From contig JANRLW010000044.1 of assembly GCA_033762295.1 (NCBI GenBank), forward strand, positions 1-38,250: a stretch of DNA of 38,250 bases. Direction: 5' to 3'. Below are positions 9,129-18,700 of this stretch, piece after piece; the stretch's first letter is position 1, and each line of letters opens with the position of its first letter. Origin of the DNA: Capsulimonadales bacterium. GTDB taxonomy: Bacteria; Armatimonadota; Armatimonadia; Armatimonadales; Armatimonadaceae. The position numbers and the translations under genes were made by a program. The notes below the pieces were generated by a model. It worked only from the letters and a program-made list of their open reading frames with translations. It had not been told where the DNA came from and searched no databases.

Positions 9129-12100
9129 TCAACGCAGTTTCAAGGGGATCTCCGAATGGCGGACCCCGGTTCGTTCGGTAAACGTCGCCAGTCGGAGCGA
9201 TTCCTCCCGCGATATTCCCCGGCCGTGGGAGTGCTCCCGCCGGAAATCTTCCTCACCCAGAGCCTTGGCGGTCGCCTGCCGGTAATGTTCCATCGGTGTC
9301 AACGGGGGCGCGGCGGACGGGGCGAACAGATCCGGGGAGGCGGATTCCGCAGCGCCGAAAAGCGTCGCCGCCCGCAGGAACTCGCCGCGTTCGGTCGCGA
9401 GCGAGCCACCCAGACAGAGCGCATACCCGATCATCGTGTCGTCGCCGAGGTCGGCGGCACGTTCCAGGCAGTCCCGCAGATGCTGGGCACAGTCGACAAG
9501 GTTCTGCTGTCGAAGCGCAACGTAGCCAAGCAGAAACACCAGGTAGGTCGCTCCCGAACGCTCTCCGATGCGGAGTCGGTAGGTCAGGCTTTCGTTCAGT
9601 GCGTCGTAGGCCGCCGTCCATTCGTTGCGATACAGGGCGTTCGTCCCGTGCATCTGCAGCGAGTAGGACAGCATGGAGACGGACCCGGTCCTGCGAGCGA
9701 TCGCTAATTGTTCGTTCAGAAGCGTTTCCGCCTGTTCGTAGTCCTGCCGGCACTGGGCCAGAGTCGCGATCTCTCCGAGCATCATCGCGATTCCATGGTC
9801 GGACTCCATCCGGCGATAATGGCGGATCGACTCCTCGAAACACTGTTCCGCCTCGTCCCATCGCCCGCGTTCGCGCAACACGCCGCCCAGGCATTTGAGG
9901 AGGTGCGCCTCGGACCCCGGGTTGTTCAACGGTCGGACGATCGTCAGGCCCTGCCGGAAAAGCGTTTCCGCGTCCGTCAGGTTCCGGCGATAGAACTGAA
10001 CCAGTCCGAGCCGGCAGAGCGTGTCGACGAGCGTTTCCTGGTTGCCCTGGGATTGCATCAGTTCGTAACATTCCCGAAACAGCGTTTCCGCTTCCGCGAG
10101 ATCGGACTGGAACAGGGCAAAACTGGCGACCGCATACAACGCACCCGCCCGGGTCTCCGACGGCACCCCGTCGTTCGGCAGCGCCAGAGCGGCGGTCAGG
10201 TAGCGGCGGCCTTCGAAGGTATAGCCCCGGACGTCCCAGAACGGATACAGTTTGCGGCCGAGTTCCAGGGCGACGAACGCTCCGTCCTGACGATCCAGTT
10301 GGGCCTCGATGGCCGCGCGGAAGTTGTCGTGATCCGCTTCCAGGCGATCGAGCCATTCGGTCGCCTGCGCTCCCCAGAGGCGCGGGTAGGCCGTATCGGC
10401 CAGCCGGAGAAAGAAATCGCCATGCCGACCGACCAGGCGTTCGCCCTCCTCCGCCGGAAGCTGATCGGCGGCAAACTCCCGAAGGGTTTCCAGCAGACGG
10501 TAGCGCATCGCGTCCCCGACCTCGGTCGCGATCACCAGGGAGCGTTCCTGCAGTTCCGCCAGCATTTCGAGGGCTTCCGGCTCCTCGCAAATCTCCTCGG
10601 CCGCTTCCAGCGTCCAGCCGCCGCGGAACACCGAAAGACGCGCGAAGAACGCCTGTTGGTCGGGCGACAAGAGGCGGTAGGACCAGTCGATCGCGCCACG
10701 GAGGGTCGCATGTCGTTCCGGAACGCCGCGTTTACGCGATACGAGGAGATCGAGCCGGGAGTTCAGTCGTTCGGCGATCTGTGCGGGAGTCAGGGTCTGA
10801 ACCCAGGCCGCGGCCAGTTCCAGGGCGAGCGGGATACCGTCGAGGCGGGTACAGATGCGGGCGATGGCGGCGGCGTTCCGTTCCGTCACATCGAAACCGG
10901 ATCGAACGGCGCGGGCGCGATCGATAAAGAGGGCGGCGCTCGGATTTTCGGCCAGATCGGTCACTGTCGGACGGCCTTCCGGAAGGGGCAATGGCAGCAG
11001 GGCCAGTTCCCGCTCCAGTTCGAGTCCCAGACGAATGCGAGAGGTCGCCAGAACGGACAACCCGGGAACATCCCGAAGGAGTTCATCGATGAAGGATGCC
11101 GCCGGTTCGACGATCTGTTCCAGGTTGTCGAGAAGGAGAAGGGTCCGCCCGGAGATCCGGTTCAGGGCCGCACTGACCTGGCGAACCGGAAGGAGGGTCG
11201 GCGACGGCGGAAGGCCCAGAACGGTCGCGACGGACGCGAGATCCGAGGCGCTTCGACAATCCGCCAGGGGAACGAACCAGATACCGCCGGGGAATACATC
11301 CCCCAGAAAACGGGCGGCTTCCTGGCTCAGGCGCGTCTTCCCCGAACCGCCGGGTCCGGTGATCGTCAGAAGGCGGATCGCTCCGTCCCGAAGCAGTTCG
11401 GGGATCTTTCGGAGTTCGCTCTCGCGCCCGACAAAACGGTTGAGCGGAATCCGTTGTAGCCCTGGCGGGGTCGGACGATCGGTCGTCAACGCAATGTCCC
11501 CCGGTTCCCCGGGCAGGGAAGGAGGGACGGTCCCGCGGTGGGTTACGCGTTTCAGCGGTGAGGAAGACTCCGACCGGAGGAGGGTGGGCGGTTCGGGAAT
11601 TGCCGAAACCGTCAACGGGATCCGCGCTTCCAGCAGGGAGGAGAGCGGGACACTCGGTTCAAGGCCGATCTGCTCGTCCAGTAGACGGGCATACTCCTCG
11701 TAATGCCGCCGAGCGGCGGCCGTTTCGCCGGAACGCGACAGCAGCCGGACCACCAGATGATTGGCCTCTTCGCGTAGCGGATCGGCGGTCACGCCCCGTC
11801 GCGCGATATCGACCGCTCGACCGACCTCTCCGAGGCCCATCAGAGTTTCGGCGAGGTCGGTTACGGCGGTTTGAAACCGGTCGGCCAGGCGTTCGCGTTC
11901 GATCACCACCCAGTTATCATAATATCCGGAGAGGAGAGGACCACCGTAAAGGGCGAGGGCGTCCTCCAGCAAGGCCCGCCGTTCCTCGGTGGAAACGTTC
12001 GGCTGCGCGGCGGTTCGGAGGCGTCTCTCGAACGCCGCGACGTCGGTTGTAAAACACTCGGGCTGAAGCCGGACATGGGTATTGCCCTGGGTCACGAGGA

Positions 12101-12365
12101 AACGGCCTTCCTCACCATCGTCCTCAAACTGACGACGAAGCCAGGAAAGCGCCGCCCGGAGATTGGTCCGGCCCGAGTCCGGATCGGACTCAGGCCAGAG
12201 CATCTCCGTCAACTCCTCCCGGGTATGCAATCGGTCCGGGTGCATCGCCAGGAACGCCAGAAGGGCGCCGAACTTCCAGGAACGAAAACGCGTGATCGTA
12301 CGGTCGCTCCGGGTGGCGCGGAGTCCGCCAAAGAAGGCTAAATTCCAGGGCGTGAACGGCGTCAT
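9129..12365 (-). CDS. SARP/AfsR-family regulator: winged HTH + BTAD + NB-ARC (STAND) ATPase + TPR repeats
   Basis: LLAFLAMHPDRLHTREELTEMLWP...GRTNLRAALSWLR; BTAD (ALALYGGPLL, DPLREEA); Walker A GPGGSGKT; LLLLDNLEQ; LDGIPLALELAAA; C-terminal TPR array. Confidence 0.93.
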   Translation of the reverse strand: MTPFTPWNLAFFGGLRATRSDRTITRFRSWKFGALLAFLAMHPDRLHTREELTEMLWPESDPDSGRTNLRAALSWLRRQFEDDGEEGRFLVTQGNTHVRLQPECFTTDVAAFERRLRTAAQPNVSTEERRALLEDALALYGGPLLSGYYDNWVVIERERLADRFQTAVTDLAETLMGLGEVGRAVDIARRGVTADPLREEANHLVVRLLSRSGETAAARRHYEEYARLLDEQIGLEPSVPLSSLLEARIPLTVSAIPEPPTLLRSESSSPLKRVTHRGTVPPSLPGEPGDIALTTDRPTPPGLQRIPLNRFVGRESELRKIPELLRDGAIRLLTITGPGGSGKTRLSQEAARFLGDVFPGGIWFVPLADCRSASDLASVATVLGLPPSPTLLPVRQVSAALNRISGRTLLLLDNLEQIVEPAASFIDELLRDVPGLSVLATSRIRLGLELERELALLPLPLPEGRPTVTDLAENPSAALFIDRARAVRSGFDVTERNAAAIARICTRLDGIPLALELAAAWVQTLTPAQIAERLNSRLDLLVSRKRGVPERHATLRGAIDWSYRLLSPDQQAFFARLSVFRGGWTLEAAEEICEEPEALEMLAELQERSLVIATEVGDAMRYRLLETLREFAADQLPAEEGERLVGRHGDFFLRLADTAYPRLWGAQATEWLDRLEADHDNFRAAIEAQLDRQDGAFVALELGRKLYPFWDVRGYTFEGRRYLTAALALPNDGVPSETRAGALYAVASFALFQSDLAEAETLFRECYELMQSQGNQETLVDTLCRLGLVQFYRRNLTDAETLFRQGLTIVRPLNNPGSEAHLLKCLGGVLRERGRWDEAEQCFEESIRHYRRMESDHGIAMMLGEIATLAQCRQDYEQAETLLNEQLAIARRTGSVSMLSYSLQMHGTNALYRNEWTAAYDALNESLTYRLRIGERSGATYLVFLLGYVALRQQNLVDCAQHLRDCLERAADLGDDTMIGYALCLGGSLATERGEFLRAATLFGAAESASPDLFAPSAAPPLTPMEHYRQATAKALGEEDFRREHSHGRGISREESLRLATFTERTGVRHSEIPLKLR

Positions 12366-12395
12366 GCCCGCATTGTACCGCGGTTGCCACCGAAC

Positions 12396-13304
12396 TTACC
12401 CCGGAAGGAAAGCGACCCCGTGCCGTGCCGCTCTTTCCACGATCGTTTCCGCTCCGGTCCTGTGGTGTATGTTCCGGAAGAGTCCGTCGAATCCGCCCGG
12501 CGTGGCGACCACCAGGAAACGAGCCGATCGTTCCGACCGGTTGAACCAGGCATGCGGCGCTCCCTTCGGCAGGTGGAGGAGCGAACCGGCGGGCAGCGCC
12601 GCCCACTGGCCATCCGGCAGCATCGCGGTCAACTCCCCTTCCATGACGAAGAAGGTCTCATCCTCCCGAAAGTGGAGGTGCGGCGGAATCCCCGCTCCCG
12701 GCGTCGCTTCCCGGAGGAAGGCGCAGAAGGAATTTCCCGTCGCCGAACTTACGATCAGGAGCGTGACCGGATCACCCTCGATGTCAAACCGTTCGCCCAC
12801 CTCCCGGCCGACGCAGACGGCTTCTCGGACCGCCGGTTCAAAATCCGGATCGCCTTCGGGAACCATGCCGAATCTTTCGTCGATGCGCGGAGCGCGTGCA
12901 CGGTACTCCTCGAAGGACAGCAGAGCGTTCGGATCGGAAACTCCCATCTCCCGAAAATACCCTTCGAAACCGCCGGGAAAGAACCAGGAGAGCAGTCGGG
13001 CGGGTTGCGTCGTCCGGTTTTCGAAACCATGCAAAGCATGGCGGGGAATGTAGACAGCGGTCTCAGGACCACCCCTCCGGGGAGCGATGTCGCCGGAAAA
13101 TGTCAGTTCCCCCTCCGTTACGAAAAGGAACTCTTCCTCATGGCGGTGACGGTGCGGAAGGGAGCCGCCGCCGGGCGGAACGGTAAGTTCGAGGCAGCCG
13201 AACGCGCCGGCAGTGTCACCGGCCGACAGCTTGATGGTGATGGTATTGCCTCCCGAATAATAGGTTTCACCGGCCGTCGGAAGGCGCAGAATCGTTCGTG
13301 GCAT
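12396..13304 (-). CDS. Bicupin protein, quercetin 2,3-dioxygenase-like
   Basis: Two cupin motifs: PHRHRHEEEFLFVTEGEL...HALHGFEN and PHLHFREDETFFVMEGEL...GAPHAWFN. Start trimmed to MPRTIL (ATG 13304, after GGAGAG). Confidence 0.85.
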   Translation of the reverse strand: MPRTILRLPTAGETYYSGGNTITIKLSAGDTAGAFGCLELTVPPGGGSLPHRHRHEEEFLFVTEGELTFSGDIAPRRGGPETAVYIPRHALHGFENRTTQPARLLSWFFPGGFEGYFREMGVSDPNALLSFEEYRARAPRIDERFGMVPEGDPDFEPAVREAVCVGREVGERFDIEGDPVTLLIVSSATGNSFCAFLREATPGAGIPPHLHFREDETFFVMEGELTAMLPDGQWAALPAGSLLHLPKGAPHAWFNRSERSARFLVVATPGGFDGLFRNIHHRTGAETIVERAARHGVAFLPG

Positions 13305-13383
13305 TTTCTCTCCGAATGTCGTCTCGGCCGTCGCCGCGAATCGCGATCGGTCCGCCTCCATTCTGACCTGCCCTCGGGATCGG

Positions 13384-13459
13384 AATGTGAACAAATCGTT
13401 CGAGGATTGTTCACGTTTGGTTCACGGGCTGATTTTCCGCTGATTACGTTGCGTACACG
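13384..13459. promoter_or_regulatory. Operator-like region with an inverted repeat and 11-bp-phased heptamers
   Basis: Inverted pair AATGTGAACAA (13384) / TTGTTCACGTT (13407-13417). Heptamers GTTCACG (13409), GTTCACG (13420), GATTACG (13442) and GTACACG (13453). Confidence 0.55.
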
Positions 13460-13561
13460 ATACCGTGCTAGCATTGGAAAGGCATCCCGATGACCGGGTT
13501 TCTCTGTGGTCCGTCGCGGTACGCTTCGGACGTTTCGAAGTCAGCGGAAGGAGGAAAACGA

Positions 13562-13699
13562 GTGCTTGCCCTGTTATTTTTGAGTCCGTCGCCCGAGACG
13601 TTTTTTCCCTGGGCGGAGTGCGGGATGGCGCTGGCAATGACGGTTCTGTTGATCTGCCTGAACCGTTATCGCGTCGCCCTTCGCGTCCGTCGAAACTAA
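13562..13699 (+). CDS. Putative 45-aa small membrane protein
   Basis: AAGGAGG at 13548-13554, 7 nt before GTG 13562. Hydrophobic stretch GMALAMTVLLICL and a basic tail (RYRVALRVRRN). Confidence 0.5.
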   Translation: MLALLFLSPSPETFFPWAECGMALAMTVLLICLNRYRVALRVRRN

Positions 13700-13795
13700 C
13701 CGACTTCACCGGCAAAGGCGCCGGCAAAGCAAGGGGGCAGGAAAGCGACCGGGGAGACGTCGAATACCGTTCCATCCTGCCTCGAAAGGGAACCG

Positions 13796-14893
13796 ATGCC
13801 TTCCCGAAATTCTTTGAACCGTCGTCAACTGCTTGCCGCGGGAGCGGCGGGCATCGTCTCGTCGGCTCCCGCGGCCGCCGTACCCACCGTTTTGCTGAGA
13901 CGCAGTGTCAAACCGGTCGTGGTCGCCTCCGGGAACGGCCATCAGTTCAAAAACGGCGGCACGATGACCTGTGTCGAGAAGGCCTTTTCGCTGATGACCG
14001 GTGAAACGGACATACTCGATGCGCTGATCGCCGGGGTGAATATCGTCGAACTCGACCCGCTGGACAACAGCGTGGGATACGGCGGGTTACCGAACGCCGA
14101 AGGGATCGTTCAACTGGACTCCTGCTGCATGCACGGGCCGAAAAAACGGGCCGGGGGCGTCGCCTGCCTTGAAGGGGTGCGTACGCCGTCACTGGTCGCC
14201 AAAGCGGTGATGGAGCAGACCGATCACCATCTGATCGTGGGCAAGGATGCTCAGCGGTTCGCCCGAAACCTGGGCTTTACGATCGAGGACGATCTGAATA
14301 CGCCGCAGTCCCGTAAGCTCTGGCTGGAGTGGAAACGGCGTACCGACCCCGCGCACTACCTCGATCCCGCCGGACGGGCCGAAGTGGGAAGGAAAGCGAC
14401 GGAGGAGATGGCGCGGGAGGGACTGATCGATCCCGAGCATATCTTCGGCACGATCCACTGCAACGGAATCAACCCGAAGGGTGAGATCGCCGGGGTGACC
14501 ACGACCAGCGGGCTTGCCTGGAAGATTCCCGGTCGGGTGGGCGATTCGCCGATCCTGGGCGCCGGTCTCTATGTCGACGGGGCCGTCGGCGCGGCAGGTT
14601 CGACCGGGCGGGGCGAAGCCAACCTCTACAACCTGACGTCCTTTCTGATCGTGGAGAACCTGCGGCGAGGCATGCACCCGAAGGATGCCGGTCTGGACGC
14701 CCTGAAGCGGGTGCGCGCCAACACGGTCGAAAAACGGCTGCTCAACAAGGACGGAAACCCGGCCTTCAATCTCCAGTTCTACATTGTCAACGCACGGGGG
14801 GAGTATGCGGGGGTTTCGCTCTCCGGGCGGCCCAACTACGCCGTCTGTACCGAGGACGGACCGAAACATCTTCCCTGTGACAGCCTTATCTGA
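13796..14893 (+). CDS. N4-(beta-N-acetylglucosaminyl)-L-asparaginase (Ntn hydrolase, Asparaginase_2), Tat-exported
   Basis: Tat motif NRRQLL; SVGYGGLPN..G.VQLD; autocleavage site G|TIHC; TTTSGLAWKIPGRVGDSPILGAG; STGRGE. Confidence 0.92.
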   Translation: MPSRNSLNRRQLLAAGAAGIVSSAPAAAVPTVLLRRSVKPVVVASGNGHQFKNGGTMTCVEKAFSLMTGETDILDALIAGVNIVELDPLDNSVGYGGLPNAEGIVQLDSCCMHGPKKRAGGVACLEGVRTPSLVAKAVMEQTDHHLIVGKDAQRFARNLGFTIEDDLNTPQSRKLWLEWKRRTDPAHYLDPAGRAEVGRKATEEMAREGLIDPEHIFGTIHCNGINPKGEIAGVTTTSGLAWKIPGRVGDSPILGAGLYVDGAVGAAGSTGRGEANLYNLTSFLIVENLRRGMHPKDAGLDALKRVRANTVEKRLLNKDGNPAFNLQFYIVNARGEYAGVSLSGRPNYAVCTEDGPKHLPCDSLI

Positions 14894-14933
14894 GAACCCC
14901 GGTTCGGTGTCCATCACCCGAAAGAGGTAGGAT

Positions 14934-15656
14934 GTGCGAAGACTCACAATATTACTTGCCCTGCTATGGTTCACAAGCGGGGGCATTTCGACCGGAGCGG
15001 AGGGAAACGTCGACATGAACCTCTCGGAGCCGCCTCGCGTGATTCGTGAGGATATTGAATGGAGCCTGATCCTGATTCCCGGTATCCATGCGACGGACCG
15101 GCCGCATATTCTCTTGCTGGGCGACTCCATCACCAACGCCTATTTCCCGCACGTGGAAAAGGCGATGGAGGGAAAGGGCTACGTCGCGAAACTGGCCACG
15201 TCCAAATCCCTCGGTGACCCCGCCTTTTTGGAGGAGGTCGCTCTCGTTCTGAAACAGTGCCGGTTCGATGTGATCCACTTCAATAACGGAATGCACGGAG
15301 TCGGCTACACGGAGGAGGAGTACCGTCGCGATCTTCCTGCCCTGATCGCGCTTTTTCGACAGTATTCGCCGGGCGCGGCGCTGATCGGCGTGACGACGAC
15401 CGCGAAGCGGGTTTCGGGCAGCCCGGATCGCTTCGACCCGTTCAACGAACGCATCAAGGTCCGAAACGCATTGCTGCGGACCTTTCTGACCGCCGAAAAA
15501 ATCCCGCTGAATGACCTGTATGCGCTGACGGAAAACTCACCGGACCTCTACACCGCCGACGGAACACATTTCAACGGTCAGGGTTCGGAAATTCAGGGAA
15601 AACAGGTGACGGAAAGAGTTCAAAACGCCCTGGCAGAACGGAATTTGCGGAAATAA
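14934..15656 (+). CDS. Secreted SGNH/GDSL hydrolase
   Basis: Signal peptide; blocks LLGDSI, HFNNGMHG and DGTHF. Confidence 0.88.
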   Translation: MRRLTILLALLWFTSGGISTGAEGNVDMNLSEPPRVIREDIEWSLILIPGIHATDRPHILLLGDSITNAYFPHVEKAMEGKGYVAKLATSKSLGDPAFLEEVALVLKQCRFDVIHFNNGMHGVGYTEEEYRRDLPALIALFRQYSPGAALIGVTTTAKRVSGSPDRFDPFNERIKVRNALLRTFLTAEKIPLNDLYALTENSPDLYTADGTHFNGQGSEIQGKQVTERVQNALAERNLRK

Positions 15657-15765
15657 CCGTCGATTTCCGGACGAAAACCTCCGAACTGAAGGCCGAACGC
15701 CAAAAATGAAACTAAAGGAAGGGCGTAACACGGCGATCACGGTGTGTGGTTGAGGAGTCAGGGAA

Positions 15766-18700
15766 ATGACGCGAAAACGGGTTGGGATACTGGCGGGGGT
15801 AACGGTCGGTCTGACGGCGGCGGTCGCCGTCGGCGCCGTATCGATACGGGCGAACAAAACCTCCGACCGGGCGATGGTGCGGATGTCGAGTCCGGCCGCG
15901 ATGGCCGGGCAGGTGAGGGGAGCGCAAACGATGAACGACGACTTCGAAGGGTTGCGTTTCCGCCTTTCGGATGGCAAGCCGCCGCTCGGGGAGGACGCGG
16001 AGGAGATTCCGCAGGGAGAGAGCACGCCGCTGTCCGATCCGGAGGCGGAACGGGTGCTGGCCCGCCTGAAACCGGTGAACGCGCAGCCGGGCGACGAACA
16101 GGACTTCGCTCTGCGGGAACGCTCCCTGCCCCCGCCGCGCGCCGGGGAGACCAGACTGGCCGCCTTTCCGCCGCCCCCGTCGGAAGGAACCCCGCCTGCC
16201 GTCGAAACCGGCCCGCTGACCGTTCGTCGTGTCCAGCCGGAAGGTGATATCCCGCTGGCCGACCGCGTCTCGATCACGTTTTCGCAGCCGATGATCCCGG
16301 TCACGAGTCAGGAGGAGGCCGCGCAAAACGTCCCGGTCGAACTGACGCCGAAGGCCGAGGGCGTCTGGCGATGGCTCGGAACCCAGACCCTGATCTTCGA
16401 CGCCGGTTCGGGCAAACGACTGCCGATGGCGACCGCGTTCACGCTCACCGTTCCGGCGGGTACGAAATCCGCGACCGGCGGCGTACTGGCGGAAACGACC
16501 ACGGTGCGATTTCAAACGCCTGCCGTCCGCCTGATCGACTCCTTTCCGAACACAGATCAGCCGCAACCACGTCAGCCGTTGATCCGCATGGCGTTCGACC
16601 AGCGCATCGACCCGGAGGCCGTCCTGAAGACGATCACGCTCGATGCGGGAGGGCGAAAGTTTTCGGTGCGGCGGGCGACCGAGGCCGAGATATCCGACGG
16701 GCGTGAATCGCGCTGGCGGCAGGACGTGCCGAAGGAACGCACGCTGGCCGTCAGACCGGTCGAACCCTTGCCGACCGAAACAATGGTAACCGTCCGGATC
16801 GGACCCGGCACGCCGTCGAGCGAAGGACCGCGCAAAACCGATTCCGAGCAGACCCTCTCCTTCCAAACCTACGGACCGCTGAAACTGGTCGAGACGAACG
16901 GCGACGGCAGCCCGCCCGGGGCGGGCTGGGGGTTCCGGTTCAATAATCCGCTCGATGAGGAGGCGTTCGATCCGGCGACCGTGACCGTCTCCCCCGCCGT
17001 TCCCGGCATGCGGATCACCGCACAGGGAACCTATCTCCACTTTCAAGGGATGACGAAGGGACGGACGACCTATACGGTGACGATTCCGTCCGGGGTAAAG
17101 GATATTTTCGGACAGACTCTGGGCAAATCGGAAATCCGAATGGTCAAAGTCGGACCGGCAACGCCGATGGTTTCCGGTCCGGAACGGAATTTCGTGGTCT
17201 GCGACCCGTCGGCCCCGCCCCGGGCGGCGTTCCATAGCGTGAATACGCCGTCCGTCCGGGTGAAGCTCTATGCCGTGCAGGAAAGCGATTGGGCCGCCTG
17301 GCTCAAATACCTGAATCGTGGCCGCCGCGACCGGGAGACGATACCCGGTCGGCTGGTCTCCGAGAAGGTGGTCCCGCTGAAGACGGAGCCCGACGTCTGG
17401 GGGGAGACGTCCGTCCCGCTGACCGACGTACTGAAGGGCGGAACGGAAAACGTCATCGTCCGGTGGGAATCGACGATTCGGCGCAGCAAAGAGGAACTTC
17501 CGGATCAGGGAGTCGCCTGGTTTCAGGCCACCAAACTCGGCCTGATGGTACAGACCGATGCGACCGACCTGTATGCCTGGGTCACCGATCTGGCGACCGG
17601 CAAGCCGGTGGGCGGTGCGCGGGTCGCGCTGGATACCGGGGTTAACGCGGTGACCGGTCCGGACGGGCTGGCGCGGGTCGGGCTGACCGGAACCCCGGCG
17701 CGACGGGTCATGGTCAACAAAGGGAACGACGCGGCCTTTTTGCCGTCCGCCTTCTGGGAATATGACGGGACCGCCTGGGTAAAACACTCGTCCGGCGATT
17801 CCCAGCGCTGGTTTATCTTCGACGACCGAAAACTGTACCGCCCCGGTGAAACCGTCCATATCAAAGGCTGGGTTCGGGTCAAGAAGCCGGGAAAGACCGG
17901 CGATCTTGAACTGCCGGTCGGGATGCGACAGGTCAACTGGCTGCTTCGGGACTCGCGCGGGAACGAAGTGCTGAAAGGGACCGCGACAATTAACGCCTGG
18001 GCCGGATTCGATTTTTCTGCGGAACTGCCGAAGACGATGAACCTCGGGCAGGCATCGCTGCTGATTGACGGCAACTGGCACTTCTTGCAGGTCGAGGAGT
18101 TTCGGCGGCCGGAGTTCGAAGTGGCGGCGAAGAACGAAAGCGCGGGACCGCATGTCGTGGGCGACACGAAAGGCGCGGACGTTTCGGTCACCGCGAAGTA
18201 CTACGCCGGCGGCGCGTTGCCGGGGACGCCGGTCATCTGGAACGTGAGCGCCGCCCCCACGACCTACACCCCGCCGGGACGGGAGGAGTTTACCTTCGGC
18301 CAGTGGATTCCCTGGTGGGGCGGTTTTGACGACGGCCCGGTCTATCGCAGCGGACGATTCGGCTTCGGGCGACCCGAGGAACCGCTGCAGTCGCACCCGG
18401 GACGAACCGGCGGCGACGGAACCCACTACCTGCACCTCGACTTCGAATCCGTTCGTCCGGCACGGCCCTACACCGTCCGCGCCGAGGCCGTTCTTCAAGA
18501 CGTGAACCGACAGACCCGCGCGGCGAATACGTCGCTGATCGTCCATCCGTCCGAGCGGTACGTCGGGTTGAAGGGCCGGAACCTGTTCGTGGAGAAGGGC
18601 AAAAAACTCACGATCGATACGATCGTCTGCGATATCGACGGCAAGGCCGATGCCGGGCGGGAGATCCGTTTCCGGGCGGCGCGCAAAGAGTGGGGCTACA

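Noticed and set aside
4251..11459. Long plus-strand ORFs (545, 381, 398 and 583 aa) opposite rimO, ftsK and the SARP gene
   Set aside because: Shadow ORFs of well-supported minus-strand genes.
9129..12365. STAND NTPase as an Avs/NLR-like anti-phage system
   Set aside because: The N-terminus is wHTH + BTAD (a transcription activator), not a nuclease, TIR, SIR2 or protease effector, and there are no defence neighbours.
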